A stretch of DNA of 64,000 bases, from NCBI GenBank assembly GCA_016713125.1, contig JADJPT010000014.1, forward strand, positions 5,083 to 69,082, read 5' to 3'. Below the pieces are notes generated by a model. That model did not search any database, was not told where the DNA came from, and saw nothing but the letters and a program-made list of their open reading frames with translations. How positions within the stretch are numbered: position 1 is the stretch's first letter; every line of letters starts with the position of its first letter. Positions 1 to 9,935 of this stretch are shown in pieces. This stretch comes from Betaproteobacteria bacterium (GTDB taxonomy: Bacteria > Pseudomonadota > Gammaproteobacteria > Burkholderiales > SG8-39). The position numbers were made by a program, and so were the translations under genes.

Positions 1-978
1 CACGATGGTCGCCACCAGGAAATAGATCAGGATCGACAGCAGGTCCTGCACCACGGTCGCGAGCGGGCCGCTGCCGAAGGCCGGATCGATGTCGAACAGG
101 TCGAACATCCATGGCAGGGCCATCGCCACCACGGTGGCCGTGGAGCAGGCGGCGAACAGCGACAGGCCGACGGCCAGCGCCAGGTCGGCGTCGTTCCAGC
201 GCCACCAGACCATCGGGGCGGCCACCGCACCGATGGCGACGCCGATCGCCAGTCCGGCCAGCAGTTCGCGCCCGACCATGCGCCGCATGGGCACGCCGAT
301 CGACAGGCCGCGCACGATGATTGTCTCGGTCTGCGTGCCCACGGCATCGGCCATGTAGACGATGCCCGGAATGAAAAAGGCCAGCACCACCTTCATTTCG
401 AGCTGGGTCTCGAACCAGCCGACCAGGTCGGCCGCGCCCATCGCACCGATCAGACCGATCAGCAGCCAGGGCAGCCGGTGCACGAAACGACGCTGCGCCG
501 GCTCCAGGCTGATCTTGCGCACGCTGGCCGTGCTCTTGATGAAGCCGCCGACGCGCGAGAGGTCCTCCTCGTGCTCGGAGAGCAGCACTTCGACCAGGCG
601 GTGGGGCGGGATCAGGCCGACGAAGCGCCGCTGCGCATCGACCACCGCCAGCGCCGACTCGCCGCTGTGCACGGCCTTCCAGGCGGCGATCTCCTGATCG
701 ACGCCTGGCGCGACCACCGGCGACTCGCGGTCCATAAGGAACTCCATCGTGGCGTGCTCGGGCGCGGCCAGCAGCGTTTCGATCGTCAGCACGCCGAGGA
801 ACTGCCCGTGCAGGCAGACCACCAGGTGGCTGGCGCACTCGTAGTGCCGCCCGGTCAGGTGGGTGCGCACGTGGCCGGCGCGCTGTTCGGGTTCCAGCAC
901 CGGCACGCGCAGGCTGGCGTGCTGGGCCGCCGTCTCGAAGCTCACATGCGTATTGCCATCCTGCGTCCCGACTGCCAT
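1..978 (-). CDS. MgtE-like Mg2+ transporter (CBS pair plus MgtE membrane domain); 3' end lies outside the window
   Basis: Not in the ORF track because there is no stop in the window. Hand translation of the minus strand from the ATG at 976-978 is open for all 326 codons to the window edge: MAVGTQDGNTH...VVDAQRRFVGLIPPHRLVEVLLSEHEEDLSRVGGF...FFIPGIVYMADAVGTQTETIIVRGL...DPAFGSGPLATVVQDLLSILIYF. This is an MgtE-type C-terminal membrane domain. Confidence 0.65.
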   Translation of the reverse strand, partial: MAVGTQDGNTHVSFETAAQHASLRVPVLEPEQRAGHVRTHLTGRHYECASHLVVCLHGQFLGVLTIETLLAAPEHATMEFLMDRESPVVAPGVDQEIAAWKAVHSGESALAVVDAQRRFVGLIPPHRLVEVLLSEHEEDLSRVGGFIKSTASVRKISLEPAQRRFVHRLPWLLIGLIGAMGAADLVGWFETQLEMKVVLAFFIPGIVYMADAVGTQTETIIVRGLSIGVPMRRMVGRELLAGLAIGVAIGAVAAPMVWWRWNDADLALAVGLSLFAACSTATVVAMALPWMFDLFDIDPAFGSGPLATVVQDLLSILIYFLVATIV

Positions 979-1009
979 CGCCGCTCCCGGTGAAAGCCCT
1001 GCGCCGCCG

Positions 1010-2389
1010 CTACAGTTCCCGCAACTTGCCGACCGCCTCGTCGACGCGCTCGACCGCGATCACCTCGAGCCCGGCGATCTTCGCCTTGGGCAGGTTCGCC
1101 CGCGGCACGATGGCGCGGGTGAAGCCGAGCTTGGCCGCCTCCTTGAGGCGATCCTGGCCGCGCGGCGCCGGACGGACTTCGCCGGCCAGGCCGACCTCGC
1201 CGAAGGCAGTCACCTTGCCCAGAATGGGGCGGTTGGTCAGCGAACTCACGGCAGCCAGCAGCACCGCCAGATCGGCGGCCGGCTCCTGGATGCGCACCCC
1301 GCCCACCGCGTTCACGAACACGTCGGCGTCGAAGGTGGCAATGCCGGCGTGGCGGTGCAGGACCGCCAGCAGCATGGCCAGGCGGTTCTGCTCCAGACCC
1401 ACCGAGAGCCGGCGCGGGTTCGGCGCGTGCGCGGTGTCGACCAGGGCCTGTATCTCCACCAGCAGCGGCCGCGTGCCCTCCAGGGTGGCCAGCACGCAGG
1501 AACCGGCCACGTCCTTGCCATGCTGCGAGAGGAACAGCGCCGAAGGGTTGGACACCCCGCGCAGGCCCTTCTCGGTCATCGCGAACACGCCCAGTTCGTT
1601 GACCGCGCCGAAGCGGTTCTTGATCGCGCGCACCAGCCGGAAGCTCGAATGCGGGTCGCCCTCGAAGTACAGCACGGTGTCGACGATGTGCTCGAGCACG
1701 CGCGGACCGGCGATGGCGCCATCCTTGGTCACGTGGCCGATCAGGATCAGCGAGGTGCCGCTCGATTTGGCGTGCCGCGTGAGCTGGGCCGCGCACTCGC
1801 GCACCTGCGCGACCGAGCCCGGCGCCGAGGTCAGCGCATCCGAGTACAGGGTCTGGATCGAATCGATCACGGCGATCTCAGGCTTGATCGCCTCGAGGGT
1901 CGCGACGATGCGCTCCAGCCGGATCTCGGCCAGCAGCTGCACACGGCCGGCGTCCAGCGCCAGGCGCTGCGCACGCAGCGCCACCTGCTCGGCCGATTCC
2001 TCGCCGGTCACGTACAGCGCGGTGTGCGCGCCGGGCTGCGCGGCTTCGAGCTGGGCCAGCGCCTGCAGAAGCAGCGTCGATTTGCCGATGCCGGGGTCGC
2101 CGCCGATCAGCACCACCTGCCCGGCCACCAGACCGCCGCCCAGCACGCGGTCGAACTCTCCGATGCCGGTGGGCAGGCGCTCGATCTCGCGGGTTTCGAT
2201 CCGCGCCAGCGGCAGCGGCGTACCGGCCTGCACCCCGCCGGCCAGCGAGGCGTAGCGATGCGCGCTCTTCGCCTCGAGCACGGTTTCCTGAAGGGTATTC
2301 CAGGCCTTGCAGGCCGGGCACTGGCCGAACTGCTGCAGGGAACTGGCCCCGCACTCGGTACAGACATAGGCTGCCTTGGCGCGCGCCAC
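1010..2389 (-). CDS. radA: DNA repair protein RadA/Sms
   Basis: ORF 1010..2629(-). Family-like sequence starts at VARAKAAYVCTECGASS (GTG, codon 81 of the ORF). It has a zinc-finger CxxC...CxxC, Walker A GDPGIGKST, the KNRFG motif and a Lon-like C-terminus. The 5' extension in the track is Arg/Pro-rich junk overlapping alr. Confidence 0.95.
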   Translation of the reverse strand: MARAKAAYVCTECGASSLQQFGQCPACKAWNTLQETVLEAKSAHRYASLAGGVQAGTPLPLARIETREIERLPTGIGEFDRVLGGGLVAGQVVLIGGDPGIGKSTLLLQALAQLEAAQPGAHTALYVTGEESAEQVALRAQRLALDAGRVQLLAEIRLERIVATLEAIKPEIAVIDSIQTLYSDALTSAPGSVAQVRECAAQLTRHAKSSGTSLILIGHVTKDGAIAGPRVLEHIVDTVLYFEGDPHSSFRLVRAIKNRFGAVNELGVFAMTEKGLRGVSNPSALFLSQHGKDVAGSCVLATLEGTRPLLVEIQALVDTAHAPNPRRLSVGLEQNRLAMLLAVLHRHAGIATFDADVFVNAVGGVRIQEPAADLAVLLAAVSSLTNRPILGKVTAFGEVGLAGEVRPAPRGQDRLKEAAKLGFTRAIVPRANLPKAKIAGLEVIAVERVDEAVGKLREL

Positions 2390-2393
2390 GCGC

Positions 2394-3461
2394 TCAGACC
2401 TCCACGACCGGCACCCGCGGGGCCAGCGCGCACAGCAGTTCATAGGACACCGTGCCCGCGGCGGCCGCCACCTCGTCGGCCGACAGGCCTTCGCCCCACA
2501 GCGTGACCGGCGTGCCGATGTAGGCCTCGGGCAGGTCGCTGATGTCCACGGCGAGCATGTCCATGGACACGCGGCCCACGGTGCGCGTGCGCTGTCCGCC
2601 CACCAGCACCGGCGTGCCGGTGGGCGCATGGCGCGGATAGCCGTCGGCGTAACCGCAGGCCACCAGGCCGATGGTCATCTCCTGCGTGGCTTCGAACGAG
2701 AAGCCGTAGCCCACGTGCTCGCCCGGCTGCAGGTTCTGCAAGCCGATGATCTCGCTGGCCAGCGTCATCGCCGGCTTCAGCCCGAGGTCCGCGGCGCTCT
2801 GCTCGGCGAACGGCGAGCAGCCATACAGCATAATCCCCGGCCGCACCCAGTCGGCATGCGATTGCGGATAACGCAGCAGCGCCGCCGAGTTGGCCAGGCA
2901 GCGCGGCGCGCTCATCGGCTGGGTCAGGCTGTTGAACCACTCCAGCTGCGCGGCCACGCCGCTCGCTCCGTCGGCGTCGGCGAAGTGCGTCATCAGCGTG
3001 ACCGAGCGCACCTGCGGATGGCCGTGCAGCGCGTTCCAGGCGATGCGCACGTTGTCGACCGTGAAGCCCAGGCGGTTCATGCCACTGTTGACCTTCAGGT
3101 AGGCGTCGATGGGCGCCGAGAGCGCGGTCTTCTCGAGGATCTCGATCTGCTCGATGTTGTGCACCACCGGTGTCAGCGCGTACTCGGCCAGCAGGGTGAC
3201 GTCCTGCGCCTTGAAGAACCCCTCCAGCAGCAGGATGGGCTTGTCCACGCCCTGCGCGCGCAGACGGATCGCCTCCTCGAAATCCAGCATCGCGTAACCG
3301 TCGGCCGCCGCCAGCGCCTGCGCGGCGCGCGCCAGGCCGTGACCGTATGCGTTGGCCTTGATCACCGCCCAGATGTGCGCCTGGCTGGCGTGGCGGCGCG
3401 CCACCTCCAGGTTATGGGTCAGGGCCCGGCTCGAAATGCGTGCCTGTATGGGACGGGGCAT
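2394..3461 (-). CDS. alr: alanine racemase
   Basis: ORF 2394..3461(-), 355 aa. The N-terminus has VIKANAYGHG (PLP-lysine motif), and the length and sequence are typical of Alr. Confidence 0.95.
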   Translation of the reverse strand: MPRPIQARISSRALTHNLEVARRHASQAHIWAVIKANAYGHGLARAAQALAAADGYAMLDFEEAIRLRAQGVDKPILLLEGFFKAQDVTLLAEYALTPVVHNIEQIEILEKTALSAPIDAYLKVNSGMNRLGFTVDNVRIAWNALHGHPQVRSVTLMTHFADADGASGVAAQLEWFNSLTQPMSAPRCLANSAALLRYPQSHADWVRPGIMLYGCSPFAEQSAADLGLKPAMTLASEIIGLQNLQPGEHVGYGFSFEATQEMTIGLVACGYADGYPRHAPTGTPVLVGGQRTRTVGRVSMDMLAVDISDLPEAYIGTPVTLWGEGLSADEVAAAAGTVSYELLCALAPRVPVVEV

Positions 3462-3466
3462 GGCGT

Positions 3467-4371
3467 TCAGCGCTCCTTGACGGCGCGCAGGCGTCCGCGC
3501 GCGAACTCGATGAAGGTGTCGACCAGCCGCGAGCGAAAGCGCTCGCGCGGGTAGACCACCGAAGCTTGCGCATCAGGCGCGGAGCGAGCGGCACGGCCAC
3601 CAGCTGCGCGAGTTCGATCTCCTTGGCCACCGTGGCGCGCGACATCACGGCGAAGCCCAGTCCGGTGCTGACCAAGCCCTTGATCGCCTCCAGGCTGCCC
3701 AGTTCCATGACCACCTTGAGCTCCTCGGGCTTCACGCCATGCTCCTCGAAATAGCGGTCGGTGACCTCGCGCGTGCCCGAACCGGATTCGCGGCTGATGT
3801 AGGCATGCGGGGCGAGCTGTCGCGCGCTGGCCGACTTCAGCCTCGCCAGCGGATGTCCGGGGGCGCACAGGGCGCGCAATTCGTCCTCGGCGCAGACCTC
3901 CGAACTCAGCGCCGGCAGATGCGAGGGCGCCTCGATGAATCCCAGGTCCAGCGTGTGCTCGGCGACGCGGTTCTCTACGGTCTCCGAGTTGGCCACCACC
4001 AGGCGCGGCTGCACGCGGGGGAACGCCGACTTGAATTCGCCCAGTACGCGCGGCAGCAGGAACTCGGCGATGGTCATGCTGGCGCCGACCAGCAGCGGGC
4101 CGCCGACCTGCCCGGTCATTTCCTTGAGGCGGGTATCGAGCTCGGCCGAAAGGCCGAGAATGCGCTCGGCATAGTCGAGCACGATGTCGCCGGCGGGGGT
4201 CAGTGCGATGCGCCCGTGGCCGCGGTCGAACAGACGCGTGTTGAAGTGCTCCTCGAGCTGCTTGATCTGGAAGGTCACCGCAGGCTGCGTCATGAACAGC
4301 GCCTCCGCCGCCTTGGTGAAGGACAGATGCTTGGCTGCTGCGTGGAACACCTGGAGGCGCCGGTCGGCCAT
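3467..4371 (-). pseudogene. LysR-family transcriptional regulator, frameshifted near 3562-3570
   Basis: ORF 3412..4371(-) is LysR-like (HTH FTKAAEALFMTQPAVTFQIKQLE) up to ...VAVPLAPRLMR, then degenerates. The expected C-terminus ASVVYPRERFRSRLVDTFIEFARGRLRAVKER* is the tail of ORF 3467..4477(-) in another frame. This is consistent with a 1-nt deletion. Confidence 0.8.
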
Positions 4372-4570
4372 CGCTCTCGAACGCGCTGTTGCTCAGCCGG
4401 GTATTCAAGCATAAATCCACCCCGCATGCCCGCCTTATGACCTTTCCCCGCTCGACCGCCGGCACGGCTCGCTGCACATGACTTTCACGGGCGGCGTGTT
4501 ATAAAGCGCGCTGCCTTCCACAACGGAGCATCACCGGCACCCTCACCGGCGGCCGGCCGCAACGAATCGC

Positions 4571-5848
4571 GTGAGTCTCGGCTTCTACATCATCATGGCG
4601 GCGCAGTTCTTCTCGTCGCTGGCCGACAACGCGCTGCTGGTCGCCGCGATCGCGCTGCTCATCCAATCCGACTCCCCGGGCTGGCTCACGCCCTACCTCA
4701 AGTTCTTCCTCGTCATCTCCCACGTGGTGCTGGCGCCCTACGTCGGCGCTTTCGCCGACCGCCTGCCCAAAGGCCAGGTCATGCTGGTCAGCAACGCCAT
4801 CAAGATCCTCGGCTGTTCGCTGATGCTCTTCGAGGTCAACCCGCTGATCGCCTACGCCCTGGTCGGGCTGGGCGCCGCCGCCTACTCGCCGGCGAAGTAC
4901 GGCATCCTCACCGAGTACCTGCCGCCGACCAAGCTGGTGATCGCGAACGGCTGGATCGAAGGCCTCACCGTGGGCTCCATCATCCTCGGCACCGTGCTGG
5001 GCGGCGTCCTGATCAACCAGCGGGTGGCCAATCACCTGCTCGGTTTCGATCTCCCGCACATCGACACCGGCATCGACACGCCGGCTGAGGCGGCCATCAC
5101 GCTGATCATCCTGATCTACGCCATTGCGGCGTTCTTCAACGTGTATGTGCCGCGCACCGGGGCGCGGCTGCGCCCGCTGCCGGCCAATCCGCTGCACACC
5201 CTGGTCGACTTCGCCGATTGCGTGAAGCGCTTGTGGAGCGACAAGCTGGGCCAGATCTCTCTGGCGGTCACCACGCTGTTCTGGGGGGCGGGCGCCACCC
5301 TGCAGTTCATCGTCATCGAGTGGGCCAAGGTCAACCTGGGCTACAACCTGTCACAGGCGTCCATCCTGCAGGGGGTGGTTGCCTTCGGCATCGCGCTGGG
5401 CGCGGTGGTCGCCTCGGCCACGCTGAAACTGGACCGCGCCGTGAAGGTGATCCCGCTGGGCATCGCCATGGGCCTGATCGTGCCGCTGATGGTCGGCGTG
5501 CACACCCTGTGGCTGGCGGTGCCGCTGATGATCCTGATCGGCGGCCTGGCCGGCTATTTCGTGGTGCCCATGAACGCCCTGCTTCAGCACCGCGGGCACA
5601 ACCTGATGGGCGCCGGCCGCTCGATCGCCGTGCAGAACTTCAATGAGAACGCTTCCATCCTGGCCATGATCGCCACCTATTCGGTGCTGATCGGCCTGGG
5701 CCTGTCCATCGGCTGGGTGATCATCCTGTTCGGACTGTTCGTGGCCGGCACCATGACCATGGTGCAGATCTGGTTCAACGCCAATCGCAGGAAGCACCAC
5801 AAGGAAATCGAGGCGCTCCTGGCGATCGCGCGCTCGGAGACCCACTAG
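4571..5848 (+). CDS. lplT: lysophospholipid transporter LplT (MFS)
   Basis: ORF 4571..5848(+), 425 aa, GTG start. The sequence FSSLADNALLVAAIALL...APYVGAFADRLPKGQVM...AAAYSPAKYGILTE resembles E. coli LplT. It is a polytopic MFS protein. Confidence 0.8.
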   Translation: MSLGFYIIMAAQFFSSLADNALLVAAIALLIQSDSPGWLTPYLKFFLVISHVVLAPYVGAFADRLPKGQVMLVSNAIKILGCSLMLFEVNPLIAYALVGLGAAAYSPAKYGILTEYLPPTKLVIANGWIEGLTVGSIILGTVLGGVLINQRVANHLLGFDLPHIDTGIDTPAEAAITLIILIYAIAAFFNVYVPRTGARLRPLPANPLHTLVDFADCVKRLWSDKLGQISLAVTTLFWGAGATLQFIVIEWAKVNLGYNLSQASILQGVVAFGIALGAVVASATLKLDRAVKVIPLGIAMGLIVPLMVGVHTLWLAVPLMILIGGLAGYFVVPMNALLQHRGHNLMGAGRSIAVQNFNENASILAMIATYSVLIGLGLSIGWVIILFGLFVAGTMTMVQIWFNANRRKHHKEIEALLAIARSETH

Positions 5849-5868
5849 CGCGGCTGCCGGCCCGTGCC

Positions 5869-6357
5869 TCAGAGCACGACGGGCGCGTCCGGCAGTTCGT
5901 TGGGATTCTCGTCCAGCGGGGGAAAGTGGACGGCCAGCAGGTCACCGATGGCCGCCAGCCCCAGCAACGCACCCTGCTCGAACCTGCCCTCGGCAAATGC
6001 GCGCTGCATCTGGCCGCAGATGGTTTCCCAGGCCGTGGCGCCGACCCTGGCGTGTATGCCGCGATCGGCGACGATCTCCACGCGCCGGTCGGCGAGCAGC
6101 AGGTAGACCAGCACGCCGGCGTTGTCCTCGGTGTCCCACACCCCCAGCCGGCCGAACAGTTCGACCGCGCGCTGGCGCGAGCTCTGACCGGCGAGCAACG
6201 CGCCCAGCGGCAGGCCGCCCTCGACCACGAAGCGCAACTCACCGCGGTGGCGCTTCTCGTTCTCGGCCACGGCGCCCGCGATCGAGGCCAGCACGGCGCG
6301 CGGAAAGGCGCGTCTTGCCTGCCAGTCGTCCAACAAGAGATGTCTGATCCAGCGCAT
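5869..6357 (-). CDS. TPM-domain protein (TLP18.3/Psb32/MOLO-1 family)
   Basis: ORF 5869..6357(-), 162 aa. It is the last gene of the lemA-TPM-TPM operon. The sequence includes GVWDTEDNAGVLVYLLLADRRVEIVADRGI. Confidence 0.7.
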   Translation of the reverse strand: MRWIRHLLLDDWQARRAFPRAVLASIAGAVAENEKRHRGELRFVVEGGLPLGALLAGQSSRQRAVELFGRLGVWDTEDNAGVLVYLLLADRRVEIVADRGIHARVGATAWETICGQMQRAFAEGRFEQGALLGLAAIGDLLAVHFPPLDENPNELPDAPVVL

Positions 6358-6360
6358 GGC

Positions 6361-7242
6361 CTACCAGCTCCCCGAGGCGCCGCCGCCTCCCGAACTTCCA
6401 CCGCCCCCGCCCCATGAGGACGAGGAACCGCCGGATGACCAGCCGCCTCCGCCCGAGCTCCAGCCCCCGCCGCCGCGCCGCCCGCCCCCGGTGTTGACGA
6501 AGGTCAGGATGAAGCCGACCAGCGCGAAGAGGGCCGCCGCGCCCAGCGACACCATCAACCAGCCCGCCAGTCCGGCCACCACGCCGACCGCCAGCGCGCC
6601 GGGCAGGCGCCCGAGAACGGCCTTCAGGATGCCGCCGCCGACCACCACGAAGGCGAACAGCGGCACCAGCCACTCGAACATCGAATCCAGGTTCGAGGTG
6701 CCGCCCTGCGCCGGCCGGCTTTGCGGCGGCGGCAGCTTCTCGCCCTCGATCAACCGCATCAACTGCTCGGCGCCGGCGCGCACCCCGCCGGCGAAATCGT
6801 TGGCGCGAAAGCGCGGCGTGATGGTCTCGTCGATCACGCGCCGGGCGACGCTGTCCGGGATGACGCCCTCCAGACCGTAGCCGACCTCGATGCGCAGACG
6901 ACGGTCGTCCTTGGCCACCACCAGCAGCAGACCGTCGTCCACGCCCTTGCGGCCGACCTTCCACTGGTCGAACACGCGGATCGCGTACTGCTCGATCTCC
7001 TCGGGCCGGGTGCTGGGCAGCAGCAGCACGGCGATCTGGCTGCCCTTCTTCGCTTCGAAGCCGGCCAGCAGGGCCTCGAGCTCGTCGCGCTGCTGCGCCG
7101 ACAGCGTGCCGGTCAGGTCGGTGACACGCGCCTTGAGCACCGGCACGGCCACCTCCGCCGTCGCGGCCGGCGCGGTCAGCGCCAGCCAGGCCGCCAGCAG
7201 GACGGCCAGCATGAGGACGCCGGGCGAACGCAGCGCGCGCAT
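6361..7242 (-). CDS. TPM-domain protein, YgcG-like, with TM segments and a Gly/Ser/Trp-rich tail
   Basis: Within ORF 6361..7806(-). The start is taken at MRALRSPGVLMLAVLLAAWLALTAPA (signal peptide). The TPM core is GSQIAVLLLPS...LLLVVAKDDRRLRIEVGYGLEG, and the C-terminus is GGGRRGGGGWSSGGGGWSSGG. Confidence 0.75.
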   Translation of the reverse strand: MRALRSPGVLMLAVLLAAWLALTAPAATAEVAVPVLKARVTDLTGTLSAQQRDELEALLAGFEAKKGSQIAVLLLPSTRPEEIEQYAIRVFDQWKVGRKGVDDGLLLVVAKDDRRLRIEVGYGLEGVIPDSVARRVIDETITPRFRANDFAGGVRAGAEQLMRLIEGEKLPPPQSRPAQGGTSNLDSMFEWLVPLFAFVVVGGGILKAVLGRLPGALAVGVVAGLAGWLMVSLGAAALFALVGFILTFVNTGGGRRGGGGWSSGGGGWSSGGSSSSWGGGGGSSGGGGASGSW

Positions 7243-7256
7243 GGTGCCCGCGATCG

Positions 7257-7850
7257 CTACTTGGCGGCCGGCTTGGAGAAGTCGACCTTGGGAGGCGCGG
7301 CGATCGCCTTCTCGTTCTCGACCGTGAAGTTGGCCTTGGTCTTGTAGCCGAACAGCATGGCGGTCAGGTTGGTCGGAAACGAGCGCGCGAGGATGTTGTA
7401 CTCCTGCACCGCCTTGATATAGCGGCCGCGCGCCACCGCGATGCGGTTCTCGGCGCCCGCCAGCTCGGCGCGCAGCTCGCCGAACTCCTTGGTCGCGGTC
7501 AGCTGCGGATAGTTCTCCGCCACCGCCAGCAGGCGCGACAGCGCGCTGGTCATCTGCGTCTGCGCGGCCTGGAATCTGGCGAAGGCTTCCGGATCGTTGA
7601 CCAGTTCGGGCGTGGCCTTGATGGCGCCGACCGACGCGCGCGCATTGGTCAGTTCGACCAGCGTCGATTTCTCGAAATCGGCCGCGCCCTGCACGGTCGC
7701 CACCAGGTTGGGGATCAGATCGGCACGGCGCTGGTAGTTGTTCAGCACTTCGGACCAGGCCGCGGTGACGCCCTCGTCCAGACGCTGGAAGTCGTTGTAG
7801 CCGCAACCCGACAGGGTCAGCGCGGCCAGGGCGAGCAAGAGTTTGCGCAC
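7257..7850 (-). CDS. lemA: LemA family protein
   Basis: Within ORF 7257..8204(-). GTG start at VRKLLLALAALTLSGCGYNDFQRLDE (lipobox LSGC) with an AGGAG motif upstream. LemA-like throughout (RRADLIPNLVATV..., AENRIAVARGRYIKAVQEYN). The start coordinate is derived from the ORF-track frame. Confidence 0.9.
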   Translation of the reverse strand: MRKLLLALAALTLSGCGYNDFQRLDEGVTAAWSEVLNNYQRRADLIPNLVATVQGAADFEKSTLVELTNARASVGAIKATPELVNDPEAFARFQAAQTQMTSALSRLLAVAENYPQLTATKEFGELRAELAGAENRIAVARGRYIKAVQEYNILARSFPTNLTAMLFGYKTKANFTVENEKAIAAPPKVDFSKPAAK

Positions 7851-7879
7851 GGTGAATCTCCTAGTATGAAACCTGGACT

Positions 7880-8671
7880 TCAGGTGGGGGCGGAGGCGGC
7901 CGATTGCAATCCCTGCATGGTGCGCACCGCAAAAAGCAGGTCCTGCCAGCTCTTGGCCTTGTCTTCCGGCGTGCGCAGCAGGTAGGCAGGGTGGTAGGTC
8001 ACGATCAGCGGCACCCCATGGTAAGCGTGCAGCTTGCCGCGCAGGCTGGCGATGCTGGCATCGGTGGCCAGCAGGGTCTGCGCGGCGAAACGCCCCATGG
8101 CCAGGATCAGGCGGGGTTTGATCAGGTCGATCTGGCGCAGCAGGTGCGGTGCGCAGCGCGCGACCTCCTCGGGCTGCGGATTGCGGTTGCCCGGCGGCCG
8201 GCACTTCAGCACGTTCGCGATGTAGACGTTGCGACCGCGCGCGAGCTCGATGGCCGACAGCATCTGGTCGAGCAGCTTGCCGGCCTGGCCGACGAAGGGT
8301 TCGCCGAGGCGATCTTCATCGCCGCCCGGCGCCTCGCCCACCAGCAGCCATTCGGCCTGCTCGTCACCCACGCCGAACACCGTTTGCGTGCGCGAGGCGT
8401 GCAGCGCGCAGGCCGTGCAGGCCGGCACCGCGGCTTTCAGCGCCGGCCAGTCCATCATAGCGATGCCCTGCTCGCGCTCGCCCTGTGGACTGTGCACCTC
8501 AGCGGAGCCGGCCGGCGCAGGCATGGCGGCGGCGCGGCGCGGCGGGGGTTCGGGGGCGGCGTGCGCCTGCGGCCCGGCTTGCGATGCTTCGGCCTCGGGC
8601 ATCGCGGCACCGCGCTCGGTCCAGATCGCGATCCCCATCTCCTTCAGCATGGCGGCGCGCCGGGCGTCCAT
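7880..8671 (-). CDS. uracil-DNA glycosylase, family 4
   Basis: Within ORF 7880..9118(-). The start is taken at MDARRAAMLKEMGI (Met150 of the ORF). Family-4 motifs are present: VGEAPGGDEDRLGEPFVGQAG, NVLKCRPPGNRNP and VTYHPAYLLR. Confidence 0.85.
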   Translation of the reverse strand: MDARRAAMLKEMGIAIWTERGAAMPEAEASQAGPQAHAAPEPPPRRAAAMPAPAGSAEVHSPQGEREQGIAMMDWPALKAAVPACTACALHASRTQTVFGVGDEQAEWLLVGEAPGGDEDRLGEPFVGQAGKLLDQMLSAIELARGRNVYIANVLKCRPPGNRNPQPEEVARCAPHLLRQIDLIKPRLILAMGRFAAQTLLATDASIASLRGKLHAYHGVPLIVTYHPAYLLRTPEDKAKSWQDLLFAVRTMQGLQSAASAPT

Positions 8672-8673
8672 GC

Positions 8674-9135
8674 TCACAGGTCCAGGGTCAGCACGAGCGC
8701 GTCCTCGCGGCCTGCGTCCGCCGGGTAATAGCCGCGCCGCACCGCGATGCGCCGGAAGCCGAAACGCGCATACAGCGCCTGGCCGGCGAGATTGCTCGGC
8801 CGCACCTCGAGGAACAGGTGGCGCGCGTCGCTTTCCCGAGCGCAGCGCATCACCTCGCGCAGCAGCGACGCGCCCACGCCCTGGCGGTGGCGCTGCGGCG
8901 ATACGCTGAGGTTCAGAAGGTGCGCCTCGCCGACGGCGACGATCATGATGAAATAGCCGAGCAATTCCGCCCCCGCGCGATAGCTGCGGCACTGGTAGCC
9001 GGCGGCCAGCGAATCGGCGAAATTGCCGCGCGTCCACGGATGCGTGTAGACCGCATTCTCGATGGCCATGACCTCGTCGAGGTCCTCGGCGCGCAATGCG
9101 GCGAAGCAGGGCTGGCATTTGAGCACGGCGCTCAT
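8674..9135 (-). CDS. rimI: ribosomal-protein-alanine N-acetyltransferase RimI
   Basis: Within ORF 8674..9522(-). The start is taken at MSAVLKCQP (Met130). GNAT motif LSVSPQRHRQGVGASLL. It is adjacent to tsaB, the usual synteny. Confidence 0.85.
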   Translation of the reverse strand: MSAVLKCQPCFAALRAEDLDEVMAIENAVYTHPWTRGNFADSLAAGYQCRSYRAGAELLGYFIMIVAVGEAHLLNLSVSPQRHRQGVGASLLREVMRCARESDARHLFLEVRPSNLAGQALYARFGFRRIAVRRGYYPADAGREDALVLTLDL

Positions 9136-9154
9136 GCGCGGACCTTGCGCGTGT

Positions 9155-9856
9155 TCATTGCACGCGCGGCTGCGCGCGAAGTCCGGCCTGCTCGATCGAG
9201 GTGAGGGCGACCTTGTCGCGGATATACAGCGGCATGGCCAGTCCGGCGTCCACGCCCTCGCCCGCCGCCAGCCGGGGCGCCGCCAGCCGCGCAATGGCCG
9301 TGGCGCCGGGGCGAATCTCCGGGGCGATACGCAGCAGCGAGGCGCGCAGGCCCGCAGCCATGCGCTCACCGTAGGCGGCAAAGCCGCTGCCTGCGCCCAG
9401 CCAGCCTTCGCCGGGCGGCACTTCGACGGCCTCGGGCGGCAGGCAGGCGGCGGCCACCGCCTCGCGCCACACGCCGTCCTGCTTCTCGAGCGCGGCGCAG
9501 TAGACCTCCTGCATGCGCGCATCTAGCGCCACCAGCACGCGCGACGCCCCGCTCTCCTCGGCGACCGCCTCCAGCGTCGACACGCCGAGCACCGGCAGGC
9601 CGCGCGCGAAGGCCAGGCCCTGGGCCAGGCCACAGGCCACCCGCAGCCCGGTGAAGGCCCCGGGCCCGGCGCCGAAGACGATGGCATCGAGCGCCTGCAT
9701 GCCGTAGCCGGCGCGCGCGAACAGCGCCTCCAGCATCGGCAGGGCCAGTTCGCCGTGACGCACCCCGGCGCGCTCCTCCAGCGCGATGCTCTCGCCCGCG
9801 TCCCACAGGGCGATGGAACACCATTCGGTGGAGGTCTCTATGGCGGCAAATCGCAT
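9155..9856 (-). CDS. tsaB: tRNA t6A37 biosynthesis protein TsaB (YeaZ)
   Basis: Within ORF 9155..10297(-). The start is MRFAAIETSTEWCSIALW. The sequence GAGPGAFTGLRVACGLAQGLA is typical of TsaB. Confidence 0.9.
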   Translation of the reverse strand: MRFAAIETSTEWCSIALWDAGESIALEERAGVRHGELALPMLEALFARAGYGMQALDAIVFGAGPGAFTGLRVACGLAQGLAFARGLPVLGVSTLEAVAEESGASRVLVALDARMQEVYCAALEKQDGVWREAVAAACLPPEAVEVPPGEGWLGAGSGFAAYGERMAAGLRASLLRIAPEIRPGATAIARLAAPRLAAGEGVDAGLAMPLYIRDKVALTSIEQAGLRAQPRVQ

Positions 9857-9935
9857 GCGATATTGTATCGGCTGGGGCGTGCCCCCTGCTTCGGCTATCA
9901 TTTCCGCCTTCGAAAACGGTCGCAGGAGACGGAAA

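Noticed and set aside
863-2506. Long ORFs antisense to, or out of frame with, real genes throughout the window. Examples: 863..2506(+), 2376..3554(+), 9366..10985(-), 19101..21467(+), 19597..22527(-), 25595..27508(-), 28190..29728(-), 38422..40938(+), 55948..57567(+).
   Set aside because: They have the Arg/Ala/Gly/Pro/His-rich composition typical of spurious frames in high-GC DNA. Each overlaps a gene with strong family-level sequence identity on the other strand or frame.
6361-6500. The Gly/Ser/Trp-rich tail (GGGGWSSGGGGWSSGG...) of the YgcG-like protein and the proline-rich antisense ORF 6356..6880(+).
   Set aside because: Glycine-rich C-termini are a normal feature of YgcG/TPM proteins. 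The + strand ORF is its antisense shadow.
7795-7865. While hand-translating lemA I obtained an apparent extra base near 7800 and a missing base near 7861, both at display line breaks.
   Set aside because: The ORF track reads straight through this region in one frame (…LSGCGYNDFQ… and …RRFTVRK…). I attribute the discrepancy to my own character-level reading, not to a real pair of indels. It is also the reason small-motif coordinates carry a 1-2 nt uncertainty.
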